From: Beutenbergiaceae bacterium
GTDB taxonomy: Bacteria; Actinomycetota; Actinomycetes; Actinomycetales; Beutenbergiaceae
DNA length: 64,000 nt
Assembly: GCA_048594865.1 (NCBI GenBank)
Contig: JBMDWZ010000076.1
Location: 5,111-69,110, forward strand
Reading direction: 5' to 3'
In this document: positions 54,483-62,449 of the stretch, piece after piece
How the letters are laid out: each line of letters opens with the position of its first letter
How positions within the stretch are numbered: position 1 is the stretch's first letter
Notes under the pieces: generated by a model
The model's database searches: none
The model's input: only the letters and a program-made list of their open reading frames with translations
Told to the model about the DNA's origin: nothing
Made by a program: the position numbers and the translations under genes

Positions 54483-57400
54483 GTGACCGAGCCAGACCTG
54501 CCCTTCTCGCCGCCGACGCGGTCCTGGTTCGCTGACGCCTTCGATGCGCCGACCGCGGCCCAGCGTGAGGCCTGGGACGCGATCGGCTCCGGTGACCATG
54601 CCCTGGTGGTGGCCCCGACCGGTTCGGGTAAGACTCTGGCGGCATTCCTCGCCGCCCTGGACGCACTTCTCACCGGCGAAGCCAGCGAGCCCGCTGCACC
54701 CAAAGAGCGCTGCCGGGTGCTGTACATCTCCCCGCTCAAGGCCCTCGCCGCCGACGTTGAGCGCAACCTGCGCTCCCCGCTGGTGGGCATCACCCAGGCC
54801 GCGCAGAGTGCCGGTGAGCACGTTCGTGACGTTCAGGTGGGTACGCGCACCGGCGACACCCCCGCCGCCCAGCGCCGCGCCTTTGGCACCAAACCACCAG
54901 ACATCCTCATCACGACCCCCGAGTCCCTGTTCCTCATCCTTACCTCCTCCGCCCGCGAGGGGCTGGCTGGGGTGCAGCAAGTCATCATCGATGAGGTGCA
55001 CGCACTGGCCGGCAATAAACGCGGTGCCCACTTGGCGTTGTCCTTGGAGCGCCTGGACCAGATGCTTCCCGCCCCGGCGCAGCGGATCGGACTGTCGGCA
55101 ACGGTCAACCCGCCACAGGTGGTCGCGGACTACCTCAGCGGAGCGCGCCCGCTTGCCGATGGTGGACGCAAGGTGCGCATTGTCCAACCGCACATCGATA
55201 AGCAACTGCAAATCGACGTCGTCGTCCCGGTTCCTGACCTGTCTGATATTCCGAGCACGCAGGCCGATTCGGCCGATGACGCCGGTCTGGACCTGAGCGG
55301 TTCGGCGGCCGGCACCCCACCGGAACTGCGGCAAAACCAGGGCGCGTCAATCTGGCCCCACGTCACGCAGCGAGTCACCGACCTCATCGCCGGGCACCGT
55401 TCCACGATCGTGTTCACCAACTCCCGACGCGGCGCCGAACGGCTCACCTCACGGATCAACGAGGAGAACGCGCGCCGCCTCGGCCTGATGGACCCAGACC
55501 CGGCAGCGGAGGTCGCTGCGCAGGTGCCCGGGCAGTCGGGAACCAGCGCGCAGGTGCCTGCCGAAGCGATCATCGCCCGGGCGCATCACGGGTCGATGAG
55601 TCGCAGCGAACGCACCGACATCGAGTCGGCCCTGAAGTCCGGTGCCTTGCCGGCGGTGGTCGCCACCAGTTCCTTGGAGCTCGGGATCGACATGGGCGCC
55701 GTGGACCTGGTGATCCAGGTGGGCTCACCGCCGTCGGTGGCCTCGGCATTGCAGCGCATCGGACGCGCCGGGCACCAAGTTGGCGAGGTGTCCACCGGGG
55801 TGGTCCTGCCTACACACCGGGGCGACCTGCTCGCGGCGACCTCTGGCTCTGCCCGGGCTAGGGAGGGGAGGATCGAGTCGATCAAGATTCCGGCCAACCC
55901 CCTCGATGTCCTGGCTCAACAAGTGGTGGCGACGCTTGCCATCGAGGATTACGACGTTGATGACTTGGCGGCGATGGTGCGTCGCAGCGCACCGTTCGCG
56001 TCGTTGCCCGACGGGCTGTGGCGCTCGGTGTTGGACATGCTCTCCGGCCGCTACCCCAGCGAAGACTTCGCCGAGTTGCGCCCACGGGTGGTGTGGGACA
56101 GAGCGTCGGGCACCCTGCGCGCGCGGCCCGGGGCGCTGCGGCTGGCAGCAACGTCGGGCGGGACCATCCCCGACCGCGGACTATTCGGGGTATTCCTGGT
56201 CGGCGAAAGCGACCCGGCGCGCGGCGGAAAACGCGTGGGTGAACTCGATGAGGAGATGGTGTTTGAGTCCCGGGTCGGGGACACCTTCACGCTGGGCTCC
56301 TCGACCTGGCGGATCCAAGACATCACGCCCGATCGGGTGCTGGTCACCCCCGAGCCGGGGATGCCCGGCCGGTTGCCGTTCTGGAAGGGCGACGCCCCCG
56401 CGCGGCCCGCGGAACTCGGCCAGGCGCACGGGGAAATGATCCGCACGCTGATCGGCGATGATCTGTCCGAGGACTCCTCGGCGCTGGATGGGTTGGATGA
56501 GTGGGCCGCGCAGAACGTCCTTGCCTACCTGCGGGAGCAGCGTGAGGCGACCGGCGAGCTCCCGAGTGATCAGACCGTGGTGGTGGAGCACTTCCGCGAC
56601 GAGCTCGGCGACTGGCGGATCGCGATCCACTCGCCGTTCGGGGCCGCGGTGCACGCGCCGTGGGCGCTGGTGCTGCGGGCCAGATTGGAGGAACGTTTCG
56701 GCTTGGACGCTCAGACGATGCACGCCGATGACGGGATTGTGCTGCGGCTGCCGGACACCGCCTGGGACGAACCGGAGTCCACCAGTCAACTCGACCTGGC
56801 GGATCTGCTCATCGACCCCGATGAGGTCAAGGCCCAGGTGGTGGCGGCGCTGGGGGCCTCGGCGCATTTTGCTGGCCGGTTCCGGGAAGCTGCGGCCCGG
56901 TCGTTGCTGCTCCCCCGCCGGCGTCCCGATGGCCGACAGCCGCTGTGGCAGCAGCGTCAGCGCAGCGCCCAGTTACTGTCGGTCGCCTCCCGGTATGACG
57001 ACTTCCCGGTGGTGCTGGAGGCCGTGCGCGAATGCCTGCAGGACGACTTCGACATCGACGCCCTCACCGGCATCATGACCAGGCTAGACAACCGCGATAT
57101 CCGGCTCGTTGAGGTGCGCACGCCCCACCCCTCACCATTCGCCAGTTCGCTGATCTTCGGCTACGTCGCCCAGTTCCTGTACGACGGCGATGCTCCCCTT
57201 GCCGAGCGTCGTGCGGCGGCGCTCAATCTCGATGGCAAACTGCTGGCCGAGTTGCTGGGTGATGGCGCCGAGATCGCCGATCTCCTCGATCCGGCGGCAC
57301 TGGCCACCGTCGAGGCTCAAGTGGGTCTGCGCACCCGCGGCGTCACCGATGCCGAGGGGATCATCGACCTGATCCGCCGATTGGGCCCGGTGCCGACGAA

Positions 57401-59270
57401 GGAACTCGCGGCACGGTGCACCGACGACGTGGATCCCGAGGTGCTGCAGGTGTGGCTGACAGGCCTGCAGTCCGATCGCCGGATCCTGACCGTGCGGGTC
57501 GCCGGGGCGGATCAATGGATCACGGTGGAGGACGCCGGCCGGATGCGCGATGCGTTGGGGGTTGCGCTTCCCATGGGGTTGCCGCAGGAGTTCACCGAGC
57601 CGGTACCAGCGGCGCTCAGCGACCTGGTGCAGCGGCACGCGCGCACGCACGGGCCGTTCCGGGCCGGGCAGGTTGCCGCGAGATTCGGATTGGGGGTGGC
57701 GGCGCTGACCCCGGTGCTGGCCGAACTCGCCCGATCCGGGACGCTAGTGAGCGGTGCGCTGCGGCCAGCCGAGTCACACAGTCCCGAGAGCGCGGGCATG
57801 CCCGGGCCCGACTATTGCGACGCGGAGGTGTTGCGCCGGGTTCGCCGTGGCTCGTTGGCGGCGCTGCGCTCGGAGGTAGAGCCGGTGCCGCACGCGGCCC
57901 TTGGTCTCTTTGCCCCGCGGTGGCACCAGTTCGGCCGGCTGCGCGGATTGGACGGGGTGCGCAGCGCCTTGGAGCAGCTCGTGGGCACCACCATGCCGCT
58001 CAGCTCTTGGGAGTCCCTGGTGCTACCGGCGCGGGTGGCCGACTTTCGGGCAAGCATGCTCGATGAGCTCACCGGCTCCGGTGAAGTGGTGTGGGTGGGC
58101 CAGGATCAGAACGTGGCGCTGCTGCCAGCAGATGCGGTGGCTGACCTCGCCCCAGCGGTAAGGGAGAACCTTGAGGCGAACGGGGCCACGGCCGCGATCC
58201 TGGGGGCGCTGTCTGGAGGGGGCGGGTTGTTCTTCCGGGACCTGCTGACCGCCGTGCGGGAGTCCGAGGGCCTGTCGCAGATCGCGGCGGTTGACGTCAT
58301 CGACGCGATCTGGGAACTGGTGGACGCCGGCCAGGTCACCAATGACTCACTCGCCGCCCTGCGGGCCCGCGAGGCGCCGGCCGGCCGTGGCGCTCGCTCG
58401 GGTTCTGGCGCGGGTTCAGGCGCAGGTTCGGGCGCAGGTTCAGCCAGGGCGCGGGGTTCGCGGGCGGCGGGCACACGCGCCGCGGCGAGTGCGGGGGCTG
58501 CGCCGCGCACCCGGTCACTGCGGGCCACCGCACTGCGGACCGCCGGGGCGCAGGTGTCCACACCGCCGTCGGCCGCGGGGCGGTGGGCGCTGGTGCAGGA
58601 GCGCTCCAGCGCCGAGCAGCGAACCGTGGCCGCGGTGCTGTCGATGGCGGATCGTGATGGCGTGCTCACCCGTGGCGGGGTGCGGGACGTGCCCGGTGGT
58701 TTCGCGACCGCCTACCGCATTCTGGCCAGCGCGGAGGAGAACGGGCAGGTTCGCCGGGGCTACTTCGTAGAGGGACTGGGAGCCGCACAGTTCGCCCTAC
58801 CCGACGCTGTGGAGGAGTTGCGCTCGGAGTCGCGCGCGCTGGAGCGTGAGGAGGCACCCGCGGTGTTCCTCGCGGCAACCGATCCCGCCAACCCCTATGG
58901 CGCGGCGTTGCCCTGGCCACCGGGCTCCGGTGAAGCCAGCACGCACCGGCCCGGGCGTAAGCACGGCGCGGTAGTGGTGCTGGTTCGGGGAGAGCTGATC
59001 TTGTACCTGGAACGTGGCGGAAAGTCGCTGCTGTCTTTCGAGGCGGACTCTGCGGCGTCGGGAGCGGGCGGCGCGCCATCCGGTGGCTCGGCCTCCCTAC
59101 GCGCCGCATGCGAGCTCCTGGCGACCAAGCTCGGGACCGGCATCATGGGCCGAGTGACGCTCACCAAACTCAACGGGGCACAAGCGCTTGGCGACAAGAG
59201 CGCACTTGGCCAAGCGCTGAGCGACGCGGGGTTCCTCAGCACGCCCCGAGGGCTGCGGTTACGTGCCTGA
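54483..59270 (+). CDS. lhr: Large helicase-related protein Lhr (SF2 DNA/RNA helicase)
   Basis: 1595-aa ORF with motif I APTGSGKT, motif II IIDEVHAL, then HHGSMS…, the Lhr-core winged-helix region and a long C-terminal extension. It is followed by nei, as in mycobacteria. Confidence 0.95.
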   Translation: MTEPDLPFSPPTRSWFADAFDAPTAAQREAWDAIGSGDHALVVAPTGSGKTLAAFLAALDALLTGEASEPAAPKERCRVLYISPLKALAADVERNLRSPLVGITQAAQSAGEHVRDVQVGTRTGDTPAAQRRAFGTKPPDILITTPESLFLILTSSAREGLAGVQQVIIDEVHALAGNKRGAHLALSLERLDQMLPAPAQRIGLSATVNPPQVVADYLSGARPLADGGRKVRIVQPHIDKQLQIDVVVPVPDLSDIPSTQADSADDAGLDLSGSAAGTPPELRQNQGASIWPHVTQRVTDLIAGHRSTIVFTNSRRGAERLTSRINEENARRLGLMDPDPAAEVAAQVPGQSGTSAQVPAEAIIARAHHGSMSRSERTDIESALKSGALPAVVATSSLELGIDMGAVDLVIQVGSPPSVASALQRIGRAGHQVGEVSTGVVLPTHRGDLLAATSGSARAREGRIESIKIPANPLDVLAQQVVATLAIEDYDVDDLAAMVRRSAPFASLPDGLWRSVLDMLSGRYPSEDFAELRPRVVWDRASGTLRARPGALRLAATSGGTIPDRGLFGVFLVGESDPARGGKRVGELDEEMVFESRVGDTFTLGSSTWRIQDITPDRVLVTPEPGMPGRLPFWKGDAPARPAELGQAHGEMIRTLIGDDLSEDSSALDGLDEWAAQNVLAYLREQREATGELPSDQTVVVEHFRDELGDWRIAIHSPFGAAVHAPWALVLRARLEERFGLDAQTMHADDGIVLRLPDTAWDEPESTSQLDLADLLIDPDEVKAQVVAALGASAHFAGRFREAAARSLLLPRRRPDGRQPLWQQRQRSAQLLSVASRYDDFPVVLEAVRECLQDDFDIDALTGIMTRLDNRDIRLVEVRTPHPSPFASSLIFGYVAQFLYDGDAPLAERRAAALNLDGKLLAELLGDGAEIADLLDPAALATVEAQVGLRTRGVTDAEGIIDLIRRLGPVPTKELAARCTDDVDPEVLQVWLTGLQSDRRILTVRVAGADQWITVEDAGRMRDALGVALPMGLPQEFTEPVPAALSDLVQRHARTHGPFRAGQVAARFGLGVAALTPVLAELARSGTLVSGALRPAESHSPESAGMPGPDYCDAEVLRRVRRGSLAALRSEVEPVPHAALGLFAPRWHQFGRLRGLDGVRSALEQLVGTTMPLSSWESLVLPARVADFRASMLDELTGSGEVVWVGQDQNVALLPADAVADLAPAVRENLEANGATAAILGALSGGGGLFFRDLLTAVRESEGLSQIAAVDVIDAIWELVDAGQVTNDSLAALRAREAPAGRGARSGSGAGSGAGSGAGSARARGSRAAGTRAAASAGAAPRTRSLRATALRTAGAQVSTPPSAAGRWALVQERSSAEQRTVAAVLSMADRDGVLTRGGVRDVPGGFATAYRILASAEENGQVRRGYFVEGLGAAQFALPDAVEELRSESRALEREEAPAVFLAATDPANPYGAALPWPPGSGEASTHRPGRKHGAVVVLVRGELILYLERGGKSLLSFEADSAASGAGGAPSGGSASLRAACELLATKLGTGIMGRVTLTKLNGAQALGDKSALGQALSDAGFLSTPRGLRLRA
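58401..58442. repeat. 12-bp tandem repeat (ggttcNggcgcN), about 3.5 units, inside lhr
   Basis: Units read directly: ggttctggcgcg ggttcaggcgca ggttcgggcgca ggttca. They encode GSGAGSGAGSGAGS within a Gly/Ser/Ala/Arg-rich linker. Confidence 0.9.
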
Positions 59271-60048
59271 GGGTGACATCGCCAAGCGGGTATCGCGGCG
59301 CTTGACCCAGGCCCTGGACACCGGGGTCCTGATCCGCACCGACCTGCGATGGGCGGACCTCGGCGGCTCAGACCTGCGCGGGCAACGGGCCCTGGAGACC
59401 GTCAGCTACGGCAAGCACATTCTGACCCGCACCGACGCGGGCTGGACCCTGCATAGCCATCTTCGGATGGACGGGATGTGGCAGATCCGGCGCACCACCA
59501 GCCCGGCGCAGCGGCTTGCGCGCCCGAGCATCCGGGCGGTGCTCGCCACCGAGTCCTGGACCTGCTTTGGCGACCGGCTCGGCGAACTGGACCTGGTCCG
59601 CACACGGGATGAACGCCGTCTGATCGGCCACCTTGGCCCGGACCTTCTCACTGAGGACCCCGACATCGCCCTCGCCGCAGCGAACGCCGCGAAGCGGGCG
59701 ACCGAGACGATCGGCTCGGTGTTGCTGGATCAGCAGGTGGCCGCCGGTATCGGCACGATCTACATGGCCGAGAGTCTGTGGCACCACCGGATCAACCCGT
59801 GGCGGCCCACCGGCCAGGTCGACGACCTGGCCGAGCTATTCACCACCGCATCGACCTTGATGCACCGCAGCGCAGACGCCCGGCTGCCGACGGCGACCGG
59901 ACAGTTCGAGCGTGGCCGCACCACCTACGTCCATGGCCGAGGGCAACTTCCGTGTAGACGCTGCGGCGCGCTCATCGTAGAAAAGGAAGTAGGCCGGGCG
60001 CCTATGCAGCGCCCGGCCTTCTTCTGCCCGGTATGTCAGCCTTCCTGA
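59263..60048 (+). CDS. nei: Fpg/Nei-family DNA glycosylase (endonuclease VIII-like)
   Basis: 261-aa ORF with the N-terminal MPEGD catalytic start, the H2TH region (…LLDQQVAAGIGTIYMAESLW…) and a C-terminal zinc finger CRRCG…CPVCQ. It overlaps the lhr stop by 8 nt. Confidence 0.9.
   Translation: MPEGDIAKRVSRRLTQALDTGVLIRTDLRWADLGGSDLRGQRALETVSYGKHILTRTDAGWTLHSHLRMDGMWQIRRTTSPAQRLARPSIRAVLATESWTCFGDRLGELDLVRTRDERRLIGHLGPDLLTEDPDIALAAANAAKRATETIGSVLLDQQVAAGIGTIYMAESLWHHRINPWRPTGQVDDLAELFTTASTLMHRSADARLPTATGQFERGRTTYVHGRGQLPCRRCGALIVEKEVGRAPMQRPAFFCPVCQPS
59992..60018. terminator. Perfect 10-bp stem hairpin inside the nei 3' end; candidate shared terminator for convergent nei and clgR
   Basis: The sequence is ggccgggcgc-ctatgca-gcgcccggcc. 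It is followed by TTCTTCTG on the plus strand and by TACTTCCTTTTCTAC on the minus strand. It lies 30 nt before the nei stop and 48 nt beyond the clgR stop. Confidence 0.4.
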
Positions 60049-60065
60049 GGTGCAGGAATCTGAAC

Positions 60066-60389
60066 CTAGACTCGGGCGAAATCCTCGTCGTGACCGAATT
60101 CGCCGGTGATGTGATCGGCGAACGTGAACGGCACGGTGTCTGGAACGGCGATCTGTTCGGTGATCGCCACTCGGTCCGAAACCTCGCGCAGTACCAGGGA
60201 CATCGGCATGCTCAGTGCCGCGCAGATCGCGCTGAGCAATTCTGAGGATGCCTCCTTCTGGCCTCGCTCTACCTCGGAGAGGTACCCCAATGAAACCTGG
60301 GCCGCTGAGGACACTTCACGGAGCGTGCGCCCTTGACGCTGGCGCACGTCGCGGAGGACGTCACCGATCACTTGTCGTAGGACCACCAT
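60066..60389 (-). CDS. clgR: XRE-family transcriptional regulator ClgR
   Basis: The ATG at 60389 is preceded by GAGGAGGG. The product is 107 aa: [59 protein letters not shown]. It closely resembles actinobacterial ClgR and has the conserved position next to cinA-pgsA-ftsK. The longest ORF extends to 60548. Confidence 0.85.
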   Translation of the reverse strand: MVVLRQVIGDVLRDVRQRQGRTLREVSSAAQVSLGYLSEVERGQKEASSELLSAICAALSMPMSLVLREVSDRVAITEQIAVPDTVPFTFADHITGEFGHDEDFARV

Positions 60390-60639
60390 GGTGTTGCCCT
60401 CCTCTCGTTGTTGACCCGCGACGCGTTGCTGGCCGTGGGTTCGCTGCTGTGCGTTCTTACCGTACCCCGTCAATGTGTCGGGGATGTTCCTTGGTGTGGA
60501 TGTGCGGTGAAGAATGGAGTTACTTGTGGGAACTGGTCGCTGGATCATTACTACCTACAACGCACGCGGGGTCGATATTTGTTCCCGCGCCCGCTGAGCC
60601 CGCGCCGCTCACTCCCCTGCTGGCACTCGCGTCCCGCAC

Positions 60640-61200
60640 TCACTTCACGATCGGGTAGCCCGCTGCGGCCGCGCCGAACGCCAGGGCCAGCGCGGTTACC
60701 GCGCGCCGGGTCACCTCCCGGCCACCGGCCAACCGGTAGCGCTTGGTGAAGACCCTGCTCCCCAGTGCACAACCGATGTAGACCACCCCAACGTCCTGAC
60801 CACCTTGAGGCGATGGCCCGGCCACCCCGGTGGTGGCCAAGCCGACGTCCGCCCCGAAGAGGCTGGCTGCCCGTTGGGCCATTTGGGCGACGACGTCGGA
60901 GTCGACGGGGCCGCGATCGTTCAGGAGGTCGGGGTCCACGCCAAGCACCTCGGCTTTAGCGTCAGTGGCATAGGCCACGACTCCCCCGCGGTAGACCGAT
61001 GAGGCCCCGGGGACACCGACAATCTCGGCACTGAGCAAGCCGCCGGTGAGCGATTCGGCCACCGCCAAAGTCAGCCCGCGGCCCTTGAGCACGTCGAAGA
61101 GGCGCGCGGCGGCGGGTCTTATGGCGGCGTGCTCTTCCCCCGCGGCGTTTTGCGCGACGTCTGCGTTCTGCGCGACGTCTGCGTTGTGCGCCGCGACCAT
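60640..61200 (-). CDS. cinA: CinA-family nicotinamide-nucleotide amidohydrolase domain protein (PncC-like)
   Basis: Contains LAVAESLTGGLLSAEIVGVPGASSVYRGGVVAYA…GVAGP. The ATG at 61200 lies 1 nt after the pgsA stop; the longest ORF extends to 61239. Confidence 0.85.
   Translation of the reverse strand: MVAAHNADVAQNADVAQNAAGEEHAAIRPAAARLFDVLKGRGLTLAVAESLTGGLLSAEIVGVPGASSVYRGGVVAYATDAKAEVLGVDPDLLNDRGPVDSDVVAQMAQRAASLFGADVGLATTGVAGPSPQGGQDVGVVYIGCALGSRVFTKRYRLAGGREVTRRAVTALALAFGAAAAGYPIVK
61145..61191. repeat. 18-bp tandem repeat, about 2.6 units (gcgttNtgcgcgacgtct), at the cinA 5' end
   Basis: Units at 61145-61162 and 61163-61180, with a partial unit at 61181-61191. They encode NADVAQ NADVAQ NA in the CinA N-terminus. 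Confidence 0.9.
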
Positions 61201-61201
61201 C

Positions 61202-61804
61202 TCAGCTGGGCGGCGCCGCACCACGGCGCGCCACCGCAATCGCGCGAACGATGTAATCGATACCGGTGATCACCGTTACCGCGACCGCGGCGATCATCAC
61301 CACGAACGCGGCGGTCTCAAACACCGACCCGAACGTTGCGCCGAACATTCCAGCGGCCGGCAGCAGCATCATCGCGATAAACACGATCTGCAGCACGGTC
61401 TTGAGCTTGCCGCCCTTGGACGCGGCCATCACCCATCGGCGCACCATGATGAACCGCAGGATCGTGATGGCGGCTTCCCTGACAATGATCGCGATCGTTG
61501 CCCACCAGGGGAGCTCTCCGAGAATGGAGAGCATGATGATCGCCGAGCCAACGAGCATTTTGTCAGCGAACGGATCGGCCAGCTTGCCGAAGTTCGTGAC
61601 TTTGTTTTGGCTGCGGGCCAGGTAACCGTCGAGCTGGTCGGTAATTGCCGCGACCAGAAAAACCACGAGCGCTGCAATTCTGGTGCCGAGGGTGTCCTGC
61701 CAGAGCAGCACCACAAAAAAGGGCACGAGCGCAATGCGCAGCATCGTTAGTACATTCGGCAGGTTCCAGACCTGGCGAACTCCGGGTGCGGTAGCGGCTT
61801 GCAT
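61202..61804 (-). CDS. pgsA: CDP-diacylglycerol--glycerol-3-phosphate 3-phosphatidyltransferase
   Basis: From the ATG at 61804 (MQAATAPGVRQVWNLPNVLTMLRI…). It carries the CDP-alcohol phosphatidyltransferase motif DQLDGYLARSQNKVTNFGKLADPFADK. The 91-codon upstream extension of the ORF (to 62077) looks non-coding. Confidence 0.9.
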   Translation of the reverse strand: MQAATAPGVRQVWNLPNVLTMLRIALVPFFVVLLWQDTLGTRIAALVVFLVAAITDQLDGYLARSQNKVTNFGKLADPFADKMLVGSAIIMLSILGELPWWATIAIIVREAAITILRFIMVRRWVMAASKGGKLKTVLQIVFIAMMLLPAAGMFGATFGSVFETAAFVVMIAAVAVTVITGIDYIVRAIAVARRGAAPPS

Positions 61805-61852
61805 CACCTGCCCAGGGTAAGGGAGATTTCCGGGCAACGTAGACTCAACATC

Positions 61853-62400
61853 GTGAACACGCCTCCAGGGCGGGCTGGGGAGCCCGCCCCGGTGCCGTCC
61901 TTGGGGCCAGGACGGCAGAACCGCGCAAGCCGTGCCCTGCTCATTGCGCTGACTTTGGCCCTGTTGGCCTTCGTTGGTGGTGTCACCTGGCCCGCAGCAG
62001 GAGTCCCCAACAACTGGACCGGCGGCACCGACATCACCCTGTGCAACCTCCAGACCCCGCTCATTCCCCGTGGCCACAAACCCTCCGGCTACCCCACCTT
62101 CGGCGCTCCACGTGAACTCGGATACGTCCTAGCTCGCCTGGGTTCGACGGGTGCTCTACCGGCAATAGCCACTCCCTCGACCAGGGACTCACCACCCTCA
62201 ACTACACCCTCAAGGTCATGGACCGGGCCGGGCTCGGTCACGCGGGCTCGGCGCGCTCGAGTGCTGAGTCCAACGCCGCCCCTTCTATGAGCTATACCGC
62301 GGGGGCGAGGGCATGTGGGGTTGCCTATTCGCTCGGTAACTTCCTGTCCAACCAAGACTCAGCATTGGTCTACCCGCTGCGCGCCCTGCTTTCTCACTGA
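61853..62400 (+). pseudogene. Eroded CapA/PGA_cap-family (metallophosphatase-like) gene remnant: frameshifted and internally deleted
   Basis: Frame A (61799-62290) gives a TM segment, then TDITLCNLQTPL…FGAPRELGYVLARLG. A shifted frame open from 62116 (codon positions offset by 2 nt from frame A) continues GFDGCSTGNSHSLDQGLTTLNYTLKVMDRAGLGHAGSAR…GVAYSLGNFLSNQ, ending at the stop at 62400. Together these mimic CapA motifs (NLE.P, aGfD…ANNHslD.G, aGi.h.G, YSLGNF). They require a 1-nt indel near 62140, and the total is only about half the usual length. Confidence 0.5.
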
Positions 62401-62449
62401 GGACCGATGAACCCGCGGCTGGCGGAGGCTCGCGCCGGTTCTACGGCCG

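Noticed and set aside
60439-60456. GTTCGCTGCTGTGCGTTC upstream of clgR, considered as a ClgR autoregulatory operator.
   Set aside because: The CGC/GCG cores are separated by 6 nt, whereas the ClgR operators I remember have CGC-N5-GCG. The flanks are not palindromic. This is too weak to call without a matrix scan.
61805-62077. 91-codon N-terminal extension of the pgsA ORF. Analogous upstream extensions occur at rsmH 17375-17536, mraY 11244-11276, miaA 40530-40634, cspA 27073-27174, clgR 60390-60548 and the transglutaminase gene 20073-20444.
   Set aside because: The extensions have no family-like sequence. They overlap neighbouring genes or pseudogenes. Internal starts with RBS or stop/start overlap give proteins of normal length.
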